Part shown: positions 50,210 to 63,500 of the stretch, piece by piece
Layout: each line of letters begins with the position of its first letter
How positions within the stretch are numbered: the stretch's first letter is position 1
Assembly: GCF_000143415.4 (NCBI RefSeq)
Contig: NW_003314336.1
Location: 175,296 to 239,295, forward strand
Origin: Selaginella moellendorffii
Taxonomy: Eukaryota; Plantae; Lycopodiophyta
Direction of reading: 5' to 3'
DNA length: 64,000 nt
Program-made: the position numbers and the translations under genes
Notes under the pieces: model-generated
Told to the model about the DNA's origin: nothing
The model's database searches: none
What the model saw: only the letters and a program-made list of their open reading frames with translations

Positions 50210-51670
50210 CTAACCTCCAACAATACAAAGTGTGTATTCTTTTTATATTTTCCTTAACTTTGTGCTTTGTAAAATAATAGGGTTGATTGAATGAAGCTTA
50301 AGGACTGGGGGACACTAATGATCTTCCTTTTAAATATTCTGATTTGTATGTCTCATATGTCTCTGTTAGTAGATAAACTTTAGATGTTCATTTTCATCTT
50401 TTTTTCTTTCATATGGCACTATCTTTCACTTTTTTTTTTACAGTACCATTCTAGAAGGTGATGGAGAATGAGGTGATTCAAGCAACATGCTGGGCATGGG
50501 AAATAGTGAGTCGCTTGGTATATTGGCTAAGTATGGCATTTTGTTTTTCCACTTTTTTCATTTTTTTCCAGAAAACTTAACACATAAAACTCATAACTTG
50601 TTTGGTAAGTGAATTAAGCTATTTACCATTTTATAGGCATAAAATTTTTCTTAAATCCAAATCTAATGAGTTGATAAGTTGTCACACACATGTGATAACA
50701 CCAAAATGTGATGAAAGACCAGTAAAGGAAGTCTCATTAGTGTTGGAAGGAAAGATATGTAAGACGTATCATTCTTATGATCAAAGTATTCATTTTTATT
50801 TGTGGCTATTGAGTGCCCTGTCCTATTCAAGATTGGCTTAAAAAAAAAAAAAAAAACAGACTGGTAAAAAAACATTAAAGAAAAATAGACTACAAGTTCC
50901 ATTCATATATGATTTCTTTTTCATTTGATTGTTTTCACACCAAAACATTTTTCTTTAAATGCACTCTCCCCTGATTCTACCATTCTTTTGGTACATTTAA
51001 ATTATCTCATTTAAACTTAGATAGGAATGAACACCTCTGGTATGCTGTAATTCTTGGGAGATTATAAGTTTTAGCACCCCACAGAGATTCAACTAGGTAA
51101 CAGTACTATATTTGTTTAGATCATTGTTGTCATGGATTTTACAAGTATGCTTGCTGTTTATGCAAAGTGCTGCTTGAAACTTAGGTGGGAACCCAATTTA
51201 CAAAAGGACTGTCATTGTGTCCATCAATGTCTACCAAGAAAACGCTTAAAGGAGCTAGGTATAAGCAAAATCGAAGTCAAGAAAACTCAACATTGACACT
51301 GAGGCCAAAAATGCCTTTTTTTCTTTGTCCTTTGAAATTTAACTAATATGAGCAAGCAATAGCCATTGTCTTCTTGAATGCAAGGATGTTGAGAAGCAGC
51401 AGTAGCAGCTACAAGTTTTTCAAGAGGCAAAGTCTAATATATGAGGCAAATGGATATAATATATTCAGTATTTATGTGCTATTAAATTTAACTGTTTATT
51501 TATATGAAAAGCCTATGTATTGCTAAAATTAAAAAAAACTCATAGTAATTGTCTAGGATTAGTTCTCACTAAGTGAACCAACTCCATCTATGCATTATGA
51601 ATTAAGTGTTGTAGCTATTCCTTAAACTAGGCAATTGGATAACGATTATGTTCATGAAAAAGTTGGTAAT

Positions 51671-51841
51671 TGTAAACAACCAAAGAGAATGACTCAAAAG
51701 ACAATCTGTTCAGATTTAAATATAAAGGGAAAGGGCCTATGAATAAGAGTGCACCCACTTTTTTTAATTGTATAAGTGTCATTGACTTTAAATAGTATTG
51801 GGCTGAATGACCTCTAGGGAAGTCTAAACTTAACAGTTACA
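51671..51841 (+). mobile_element. Cassandra-type solo LTR
   Basis: Reverse-complement homolog of 17776-17969 with a small deletion; TG...CA termini; TSD GTAAT/ATAAT; 5S-like ATAGTATTGGGCTGAATGACCTCTAGGGAAGTC. Confidence 0.8.
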
Positions 51842-52104
51842 ATAATATATTATTATGGGCTAGGTAGAGAAGAGAAGTGTTTGTTTGTTTACAAAATACT
51901 CTTGTATATACAAGCTAAAGGTTATTATAATTTTCCCTTTATTACTTGGGGTGATAAATATATGACCACAAGAGATTGAGTTAGAACAGGAAGTGGATTT
52001 CATCAATGTTGGGAGGTTGTTGATAAGGATAAAAGGCTTGAACTGGAATGGACAAGTGGTTGCTTATGTCCACTTTGCTTTTTAAACAAGTAGATTGGAA
52101 CTCT

Positions 52105-52345
52105 TTCTCAACAAGTAGACCAAGACTATGTCGATGCTGAAGAAAATAATCATAAACCAAGGGCTTGGTGGAGATATCAGCCACCATGTCTCCTGTACCG
52201 CAGTATGCTAGCTCAAAAATCTCCTCTTCATATTTTGAATGTCAAAGTGCTATGTGCAGAAATGTTAGCTAGGCTGGTAGCCAAAGTAGTGTAGCTCTGG
52301 TTGTCACACCAAAGCCCTGTGGTGATTACTGCTGGCTTTTGCTTA
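52105..52345 (-). mobile_element. Ty1/copia RNase H C-terminal remnant
   Basis: LWCDNQS...MVADISTKPL...F..HR.SLGL (copia CDNQS / ADIxTKPL motifs). Confidence 0.75.
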
Positions 52346-53139
52346 TCATGAATGTTTCTTGAGGGAACTGCATGCACCTGGTAATGCCTTGGAATCTACA
52401 ACAATTGTATCCTCTAAAACCTGATGTGAAATGCAAAAAAGAGCATATGATCTGTTGCAAGACGAAAGTAAACTAGCATTATGGCAGAATAATTCTTGTG
52501 AACTAAAACTTTGTAAAGCTGTAGTAAAACTCTTTATTGTCAAGTGCTATTTAAAAGTGTAACTAAATAGAAAAGTAGGCTAAAAAAGACTATTTCAAAA
52601 AGGACTATACAATTAGGTTGCCTTACGCATTGGTCAGGAGGTAATTTCATTTCTGTGTTTTCTAAGGGACAATTGGAGAGTTGTAAAGGCATTATACAGT
52701 ATGGTACTATTTTCTTGCAGTTTGACTATTTGTCTATTTACTTATTCTCATCATCTAGAGCTTGCACATGCTGTCTAAGCTTCTATTTTCAAAAAGAGAT
52801 TGTAAAATCTCCTATAGCTCAATGGGTGGCAAAAGAAAGAGGAAAACACGTGATCTAATTTTCCATGAAGGCTGTAAGATACCTCATGTGAGTAATAACA
52901 ATGTGAATTTCTGGAAGTTCAGCAAGTTTGAATTCATCTCTATATATGAATAAAAGCATCATGGATGGAAGTGTGACAAACCTAGTTTAATTTGAAGAAA
53001 CCCCAACAATTCCAAGATTGGTACCCATAGAAAATGCTACTAGAAACACTATTGAATTTATTACCTTACTTATTAATGAAGTAAATCCTAGAATGAAATG
53101 CAAAGCATGGAAAATACTAAACATTTAGGATTCTTACAA

Positions 53140-54595
53140 AATAATAAAGATGGTAAATGTGACACGGATTAAATTGATCTCATGGATAAACAGGAAAGAC
53201 AAATTGAAGTCCCTGAATTGATTTATAAATTATTAGATGGAACAGTTTGTTCAGAAAAATTTAAAGAATTAAGTTTAAATTATAAGAGTGCTTTGGCATT
53301 TACATCTATGGGAGAAAATATTGATGAAATGATTGGTAATGGACCATTTTATTTCATAATTCATGGATAAGTATATCATTCAATTGAGAATATTTGTCCT
53401 AAGCAAGGTCATGGTGCAAAAATATTCTCAAATTTATATTTTAGACACACTAGAAGCTATAGAAATAAGAATGAAAAGAAAATATAATAGAGAATGTGAC
53501 ATAAAATTGATGAATGAATTAGATACTTTATTAAGAGAAGTTAATCCGCTAAAAGATGTGGAAGATGAGCACCAATTGACAAGTTCAAATATAAATAATG
53601 GATTACATGATATTATAATGTATATTAAAGGTGAAAATACAATAGAACCAAGAAGATATAGTGTACTAAATTCAAATGAAATTGTTACAGTGTTTACAAA
53701 CCCCACTGGAGAGCTTCCATTTAACCATATTATTGCAATACATCTGAAAGGTGAAAATATGCAAGCATATTGTGATCCTATGGTATATCTATTGCTTTTT
53801 CCAAATGAGAATGATGGTTAGTCACCAGATTTAAAATACACAGACAAGGGTTTGTCTTTAAAACTATCTATAATAACAATGATGGAATATTATTATTAAA
53901 AGTTTGTTGTTTGCAATTTGATAAAAGATGGTGGTAAGATTATTGAATTTGATTCAATTTTAATGGAAGGAAAATTATCCCAACAATATGTAGTTGACAG
54001 GTGGTCATCTCAATTGGATAAAAAACTATCAATGTGAATTGAGAGCTGAAGCATACAAAGGTTTTTCTGATTTTATTAATAACAGAGCAGAACAACAAGA
54101 GTTACATGCTGGAAAACTTGTGATTTTGCCATCAGGATTTCTTAGTGGACTGAGATATATGAATCAAAATTATCAAGAGGCTATAAACTTAGTAAAAAAT
54201 ATGGAAATCCTGATTTATTTATTACAATGACATGTAACCCAAAATGGCAAGAGATAATTAAGAACTTATTACTAGGACAAAGTTCTTCAGATAGACCAGA
54301 TTTGATAGCACATGAATTCCATGCTAAAAAACAAAATCTTATAGATGATATATATACTAAAAGGAGAGGACAACCACATTATCATCTACTTGTAATACTT
54401 AAAAATGAGAATAAAATCAAGACTATAGTGATATAGATAACATTGTTAATGTAGAAGTACCAGATCTAATTAAAGATTTTGAATTGTACAAACTTATGAA
54501 AATACATATGATACATGGTCCATGTGGCCTTAGATTTCCTAGAATTCTATGTTATAAAAAAAGAGAATGTAAATCTCAATATCCATGAGATTATT
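53140..54595 (+). mobile_element. Helitron RepHel N-terminal/Rep remnant
   Basis: YKSALAFTSMG, YSQIYILD, DPMVYLLLFPN, QQYVVD, QCELRAEAYKG, VILPS, TCNPKWQEI, DRPDL, RGQPHYHLL (HUH) and MIHGPCG appear in the expected order. Frameshifted; cut by the LTR at 54596. Confidence 0.9.
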
Positions 54596-57500
54596 TGTAA
54601 ATGACTAAATTTTTCATTCTACTTTAGTTATTTAATCAAACCTTCAACCACTTGGAAGAGTCTCACTCACAACCTCTTTAAATCCTATTCTGGACTTGCT
54701 TCGTGAATAACATCTATGCTAGTTAACCTTTGCATTTGGTCCAAGTGTTCCATGTATTCAATCCCATAATCAACACCTCAAAGGTACTACTAACATATCA
54801 GCCTATTATGCTAAAGCTATATCCATTTATCTTTGTCTCATTAGTAATGCTAGATTACCCATGCCATAGTGTTGTCTCTCAAAAACTAAGCCATCCGTCC
54901 ATGAGTGGTAATCCCAGAACCATTTCTTAGTATCTTTAGGATGCCTGGAGATATTGTCGCGAATGTGACTTCGGGTATCAAAAGTTACCTGTTGACTAGT
55001 CCTTACGGACACTCTTACCTTACTGCCACGATGGCAGGAGGTCAGTATTGCTGGACCCTTTATCAGTCCCTCTTGTGCTAGTGAAGTTAACTGGGCATTT
55101 CGAGTGTACTTAGATCGGACGAGCATAAGGACAGAATTCCTACGTGTTATTAGCTAAGCATACTTAGCCCGGTAAGGAGTTCCCGTCTCATTATGTCTTG
55201 CACTGGCTAGTGACAAGAACCCTTGCGTATTGAGATTGGTCCCTCAATATCGCTACATGATAGCTTACCGTGTCTGCCAAACACCTTTGTTATTATGCCC
55301 TTTGTGTTAGTCTCATTTCGGTCCCAAATACTATTTATGGAAAGTGTCCAGATTTGCTCATTTGGCATATCTATGGAATGTAGAGATCGGTCTGAACACA
55401 ATGGTGTTCGTCCCGTGTCCAAATTCGCAATCTAAGGACATTCCATATTTAGTAAGTTTTGAGCTTGTCCCAGATACTAACTGCTGATACTAAAGGAGGC
55501 TTGGGGTGAAAGCCCAAAGCGTGTGTTCCTCAAAGGGGGGGGGGGGGGGGGCTGTGGGGGGTTCCAAATGTATAGTAGGGATAATGGGTAGGTTGGGGCC
55601 GACCAACCTGAGGCATAGTCTAGCTCCTGCTTGCGTGCTTGTCCTTGTTTTGCGTCTAGCTTGGGTCTAAGCCCAAGTTCCATTCCATGCTAGCTGGTGG
55701 AGTACCCATGTTCTCGTGTTAGGCCACTAGTATGCCGAAATAGCGCTAGACTCCGTTTGGCTCCGTTTTGCATGCTGGTCTTGGCATTGGGATGCTAGTT
55801 ACTTTAGGACTGTTCCAAGTCATTTCGGGCTCCTGTCCCTTCGCTCTTTGGGCTTTATGCTCGGGAGTTGCTCCGTGGTTCGGTTCCGTTACTCCTTGGC
55901 TTCGTGCTTGGGAGTTTGGCACCGATCCTTCGTTCAGTGGCCCAAGGCCCTGAACCTCGGGTTCCTATGGACACGTGGCATGGACACGTGGTATGTGATA
56001 TATGGCATCTGTCACGTGGCACAAAGAGGGTTTAGGTTCCGCTTTGTGGTGTTATCCTATGGTAAATCACCATAGGATAAACGGTCAAAACCACGTGCGC
56101 TACATTTGGTATCAAAGGATGAGTCTCAGTAAGTACTATACAATGGGATTGGGCAACTAGTCTCGTTGCATACACAGAGATGAAAACAATGATCTGAGTG
56201 GGTACACGTTTGGGTGCAAAAGGCTTCGCAATTGGTTCCTTGGGTATGGATATTGTTACCTTGTTGTACCTTATGATGTGAGCTTGCTCTTGGGCTCATA
56301 GGATGGATTTAAGGTGTTCCGTCACACGAGTTTGAGCTTGGACTCGTGAGTGAGGCTCATTAGCAACTCAAGGTTACATTTTGAGTTGGCAAGATTAATG
56401 TTAGCCTATCGGTGGTTCCATGAGTTGTTCCTTGTACTTTGGGTGAAAGCAAACTTCCCTGAGTTTGCTATGAGTGGCAAATAGGCTAGTCCGTAGTTGT
56501 TTAGCACAACACTAGTGGATCCTTCCTAGGCGTGATTATAAGTGGGTCAATCAAGACTATAGGGATTAGTCTATTGATTCAACTAGTCATTGCCGTGCTC
56601 TCTCATAAACTTTTCTTGGATTGGACTGAAGGCAGTGTGAAAGCAAGTTTGAGGTTTAGTACCGAAAAGAGAGTCGTTGGGGACGAAGGATCAAACACGT
56701 AAATCATTTTCTCTTCTTGAAGAAATGATTCGCAATGAGGTGTTGACTCATTGCTCGTATTCACATTATGCAATCAAGAGTTCCTATCTTGATGCATGTT
56801 GATTATGATGGTCTTACAAGTGGTGAGTCAAGTGGTGAAGCGCTATACCATTTTGTCTAAACTTGCTATTGGAAGACTTGAGTTACAATGCTCAATTCTT
56901 TTCCCAGAAACCTTGCTATTGTTCCTTAGGTAACTTGGTGTTGGATTAGTTTTGAGTTTGGTCGGAAAAAGAGTGGCATGTGCTTATCCATGTTGTGAAC
57001 AAAAGTTAGTGGTGTTGGGTATTGTAAATCTTTATCGGTGGAGTGTGGCATTTATGTTGCATTTTGTCGAATCGAGTTGACACTTGATAGTCACATAAAC
57101 CTTTGAAGTAATGACATAGGTGTTGCTTATGGTGTTGCTCAATTGATGATCAAGTCATTGTGATTTCTATATCATATTCATGTGATAATGAGCAATGTGT
57201 TTACGAAGTTGCTTGGTTAAGTGATAATCAACCCCAAAGTGGTTGATGGTGAAGCTAGTTTACTTGCATAAAGTAGCATTGTAGTAGCTTTGACTGGATT
57301 CTCAATGGTGGTCCATTATGCTAAGCTTAAGTTGGTTCCTTGTTTCCTTGAGTTTGCCCACTAAGGTGTTGGAAAAGGGTTGTAGCATTCACTTGCTATA
57401 GCTTGTTAGTTTATCCATTAATACTTGGAGTAGATTGTTGGATAGAGAAGGTGTGAGGTTGAGGCATTGACATTGCTAGCATTTGTGTTAGTGGAAGTGG

Positions 57501-60500
57501 CATTGTTGATTTGAGTGATGAGGAATTTTCCTTAAAACTTGATTTTCCATGTCATTTTTCTTGTTAGTGTTTTGGCTTTACATTAGATCTTGAAGGTGAT
57601 TGAAGAAAAGTGTTAATGCAATATAAATATCCGAAGATGTGGTCATTGTGATCAAGCTTTAGATGTTCATTTTGCATTCTGCGGATGTTGGTGTTGGATG
57701 ACGAAAGAATGGGCAAAAAGATGTTCGAGGCTTAAGCATACTATGGGTTGTGAGAATTTGTGTTGAGGTGAATCTATGTGAAGTTGATAGTAGGAGGAAG
57801 TTGGTTGAGTCTTGAAAGTTTGTATTCCGGGACGGAGAGTCATTCTTTCTCTAGGATGGAAAATTTTTCCACAAATTTTCTTAGACTTTTCCAATGGCTG
57901 ATCTGTTGATCACTTTGTTCAAAAACCATTCCATTTTCGTAAGCCAGTACAAACTAGTGAAAGGGTTGGAGTTGACTTTGGTTGGCTTAAAACTTAATAA
58001 GTAGTTTGTATGATGCAACGCGAAAGGAATGCTGACTTTTGGGGCTAAGGCAATTGAGTTGGATAGAGTCTAAAGTTGGTGTAGAAAAGTGGTTGTTACA
58101 CTTTTCTAAGGAGGGTGACCCTTGTGCCTTTCTTCTGTATATTATGCTTGGTGGTAGGTTGCACCTTGCATTTCGTTAGACTCTATGAGAATAGTGAGCT
58201 CTCACTCATCTTAACTTAGTCTTGGTGTCCCTGCGCCTTGGCTGAAGGTGGTGATGTCCAACTTAATTGTTTGCAGTTGAAATGTTGGTACCCGTACTAT
58301 AGCTTTGTCTAAGTGGAGGTTGTGTACCGATATGAGTCCATCTCATGATCTTCACTTGAGTTTCGACTAAGTGTTGATCATGCATAGATAGCCTCTTCAA
58401 GGCATGCTTAGAGCTATTGACTAAATGTGTTGGTGAGCTTATTACAATTGAGTTGGATTCAAGTGGTCATTTAGTTTGTGCCTGTCTATGAACCTTTATC
58501 TTGTACCTAGGGTATCACGTTCATGTTAGACAAGTATGTAACTCGATGATGTGAGTTTAGTGTTTGGGTCTCGTGAAAGCAAGTTGAAAAAGTGATGGTT
58601 AGTTGCTCAATGAAGATTTAGCAATGATGGGTTTACTTTACTAGATGGTGTTGCGGAGGATCGTGTCATTTGACTTACATGGGTTTTCCATGTTGGCATG
58701 TCGACTCTACCTCTGTTGATATCATTTGGTTGCGTTTAGTTCATAGTGTTGGATTTCATTGAGTCTTGGACGTGGTAATTCACTCCTTGAGGAAGTGTTA
58801 TCTGTAACTGAGTTTTGCTAAAGGATTGGTCTTGGATACTAACTAAAGTATCCTCAACCTTGGTTAGCTTGGTTGCTAGAGAGCTTTGAGTGGTGATACA
58901 TTCGTGCTTTCTTCTAGCTTTGTTCTAGTGTTGATGGCATTGAAGTGATGCCTTGTCGTTGACATTGTTGATGTTGAGATTCGAGTGAAATGAGATGTCT
59001 CTCTTTATGATTGATATTGCGTTTCATTAGTCTCGATAAAGATAGTGTTGATGATTTGGCTATGGCTTTGTGTTATTGGCATTGGTGCATTTGCTAATTA
59101 GCAACTGTATTGACGTTCAAATGAACTGAATGGCAAGTTGAGTTAGTTGTGTTCTAGACGAGATTATTTAGTAGGGGTTAAGCTTTGGCTTTTCCTTGAA
59201 AAGTGATTCAGTCGTAGACTATGCTAACTCTATAAGCGGAAGAGTTAGTGATTGATATTGGAATGTTTGAATCCTTATTGGATTTGAGTTGGAATATATT
59301 GATCATTGATGATTCTTCTTGTGCTTGTTATGAAGTGAGTTACGTCTTGTTATAGATGGATTCATGGAGGATCGTTTGGTAATCACTTGTTGAGCATAGT
59401 TTCGTTATGCTTAGCTTTTGGATTGATGCAGATATGCTCTTCATTAGCTTTGGCATTATGAAGTTTAGCTTATGGAAGTGTTGAAGAGGATATTGTAGGT
59501 TGTACCATAATTTCTCTTTAGCATTGACGTTAGTTCATGCGAGACTCATGATCATTATTAAGCAAGACTTGGCTATAGACTTCTTTGAGCTTGTGGTTCT
59601 TTGAGTTTTATGATTATTGTTCCATTTGTTAGAAGTTGTTGGGAAAGGCATTTTTGGCTCTTTAGCTTTGATGTTGACGTTAGTATTTGCATCTAGCAAT
59701 CATTGGTGATGATTGACTATCATCTAGAGTAGTTAATTATCCTTATCAAAAGTTTTGCTTGATTATTGTTGGTCTGGAATTATTTGCTATTCTTCAGGAT
59801 GGTAGATTCTTGCTTGACGATGATTTGGCATATCTTTTTGATGGGATAATTGATAATCTTTCATGATGGTTAGTTGTTCTTTTTGATAGCTTTTGGCTTT
59901 TCGCAATACCACATGTTCTTTGTGGTTTGTTCTGGATTAGTCTCTTGGGTTTGAGACGTCAGTAGGATGTGGCTGACACTTGCTTAGGCAACTTGAGTTC
60001 CTTGGTGTTGTTAGCTGGGATCTATTCGGATTGGCTAGTGTGATAGTTGGCATAAACAAGTATTTGTTGGTCTTGCCACATTCATTCTGTTTTGTTGATT
60101 GTTGCTCAAGTTAGTTCTGATCGATTGGGATGTTATTTCCTTTAGGTGATACATTCGCGAGCATTTTGCTTGCCAGTTGATAATACTTTGTATTTTTTGA
60201 GTTATCTCTCGTAAGTTTTTGGCTTACTGTCTGCAATCTTTGATAGTTAAGTTTGGTCATTAAGTTTTTTTGATGACACACTTGCTATTGAATTTTGTTG
60301 GATAGTGAATCCTATGTTTTCCAACTATCGTGATCTTGGTGATTCCTATACTATAATACTAGTTTATCGGATGATAACTTGCTTGGAATACTTTTGTGTT
60401 CTAATCTAAGATATATTCACTGATAATTAAGACTCTAAGATATCATTGTCTATGACTTTGATATTGTCCATCTATTGATCTTTGAGTTTGGGCCAGTATA

Positions 60501-63500
60501 GGTAGACTGGCTTCGGCACTTCGTGTGCATGTTGAAATCTCTAGTCATGGGGTAGCTACTGTCGACTGGTCACATCACCTGCCTCTCTGTCGATGTTCCT
60601 TATTCCGTTAAAAGGGCGTGACCGTGTAAACAACTCTAACTACCTGTTTACAATAGTCTATCTAAACCTTACTGACGGGTTTGGTTTCTTTGCTTATGAG
60701 GGTTGGGGCCTCTAGCTTCTCTCTCTATGTTCTTGCAGGCAGGGGTATATCACACTTTTGTAAGCTGGGTGACTCCTAGAGCAGCAAGAGTGGCTGACTC
60801 CGTTGGTCATTTCCTTGTCGGCGACGGCCGGAAGGTGTCTGAGCTGGTAGCGCATCTGCGTTAGATAAAGAGGTTGCCTCCTAACTCATTTAAGTTGGTG
60901 CATTTCTCACATAGTGTGAGTACCGTGAACTTTTTCTGGAGTTGTTTCCTTGGCGGTATTCTAGACTCGAGTGTGCATCGACGAGAACGTTGATCTTCCC
61001 TAGGGGGGGAGAGTGTCGCGAATGTGACTTTGGGTATCGAAAGTTACCTGTCGACTAGTCCTTACGGACACTTTTACCTTATTACCACGATGGTAGGAGG
61101 TCGGTATTGCTAGACCCTTTATTAGTCCCTCTTGTGCTAGTGAAGTTAACTGGGCATTTCGAGTGTACTTAGACCAGACGAGCATAAGGACGGAATTCCT
61201 ACGTGTTATTAGCTAAGCATACTTAGCCCGGTAAGGAGTTCCCGTCTCGTTATGTCTTGCACTGGCTAGTGACAAGAACCCTCGCGTATTGAGATTGGTC
61301 CCTCAATATCGCTACATGATAGCTTACCATATCTGCCAAACACCCTCGCTATCATGCCCTTTGTGTTAGTCTCATTTTGGTCCCAAATACTATTTATGGA
61401 AAGTGTCCAGATTTGCTCATTTGGCATATCTATGGAATGTAGAGATCGGTCTGAACACAATGGTGTTCGTCCCGTGTCCAAATTCGCAATCTAAGGACAT
61501 TCCATATTTAGTAAGTTTAGAGCTTGTCCCAGAGACTAACTCCTGATACTAAGGGAGGCTTGGGGTGAAAGCCCAAAGCATGTGTTCCTCAACGGGGGGG
61601 GGGGGGGGGTGGGGGGTTCCAAATGTATAGTAGGGATAGTGGGTAGGCCGGGCATGGCCGACCACCCTGAGGCATAGTTTAGCTCCTGCTTGCGTGCCTG
61701 TCCTTGTTCTGCGTCTAGCTTGGGTCTAAGCCCAAGTTCCATTCCATGCTAGCTGGTGGAGTACCCATGTTCTCGCATTAGGCCACCGGTATGCCGAAAT
61801 AGCGCCAGACTCCGTTTGGCTCCGTTTGGCTCCGTTTTGCGTGCTGGTCCTGGCATTGGGATGCTGGTTACTCTAGAACTGTTCCAAGTCGCTCCGGGCT
61901 CCTGTCATGCTCGGGAGTTGCTCCGTGGTTCGGTTCTGTCACTCCTTGGCTTTGTGCTTGGGAGTTTGTCACTGTTCCTTCGTTCAGTGGCCCAAGGCCC
62001 TGAACCTCGGGTTCCTATGGACATGTGGCATGGACACGTGGTATGTGACATGTGGCATCTGTCACGTGGCACAAAGAGGGTTTAGGTTCCGCTTTGTGGT
62101 GTTAAAGGATAAAGGGTCAAAACCACGTGCGCTACAAATATGAGGAACAACCTTCTCAAATATCCATTTTTCGGTCCCCACTAAGTCCCTTTTCGTCCCT
62201 AGCCATATTTGCCAACACTACTATTGGGTCAGGGCCCAAAGGCCCAACCACTACGTCCCATTGACTTCTAAGACTTTCTTCCCATATGACCACATCCTTG
62301 GTCACTACACAAGAGGACTGTTCCTCTTCCTTTTCATAATTTGAGATTTTAGAACAACATTTCAAAACACTGTGGCACTACATGAGCCTTGTGGGTACTC
62401 TCCCCAACTTCTGCCTTTTGGGTGCCCTAGCCATGTGGCTAAAGTGAGGTTCTGATGAGCCATGCCAAGTCCCACACTTGGATTAGGAATACGACCATTT
62501 GATTTTCTGGAGGAGCTAGAGTCAGCTATTGAACACTTCACTAAATTACCCCACTTGTTTATCCATATTTACTTTAGCCTTAGACTCCTTTGTGGTTATA
62601 TCATCACCCACCACATGGGTATAGCTTCCTTGGTCACACTGGCCTTTCTTGGCCAAACTGGCTCTACTAGAGTTTTCCCCCTACTATACTTTTGGAGTTC
62701 ACCAAACCCCCCAGGGTCTGGGAGATGATCGCTTTGGGCTTTCACCCTTAGACTTGGACTTGAACTTAGACTCAGCCTTGGACTCAGATTTGCACTTGGA
62801 CTTGAACTTAGACTCAGTGTTGGACTCGGTCTTAGTCTTAGTCTTGAACTTGGTTTTGGTTTCAATCTTGGTCTCGGCCTCGACCTAGGGCTCCATCTCA
62901 AGTCCATCTTGGACTCGACCTTGGACTCCTTCTCGGGTCCATCTCGGACTCCATCTGGGGTCCATCTTGGACTCCATCTCAGGTCTATCTTGAACTGCAT
63001 TTCGGGTCTATCTTAGACTCTATCTCAGGTCCATCTCAAACTCTATCTCAGGTCTATCTTAGACTCCATCTCAGACTCCATCTCAAGTCTATCTTAGACT
63101 CCATCTCAAATCTATCTTAGACTCCATCTCAAGTCTATTTCGGATTCCTTCTCAAACTCCATCTCGGACTCCTTTTTGGACTTGTTTTTGATACTTCCAT
63201 ATGTCACAGCACCTTGTCATGTGTCAGTCCTTCTTGTGTCCTTTTTTAGAGACTCATTCACTGATTGCTTCATGCTTATTCCTCGAGCACTTTGTTTGGA
63301 TTTCCACTCCCACTCTTGACTTTCCAAGTTGGAGCCTTTGGTTCAAACATATTACACTTGTTAGGCTTCTGCTTCAGCCACTACCAAATGGCACCCTTTT
63401 TACTCCACTTTGGGGCTTAGGGATTTATGTCTTACAATTCCACCACCCATAGATGAAATTTGATGTCCTCATCAAACGATAAACCATTTTATAAAGTAAC

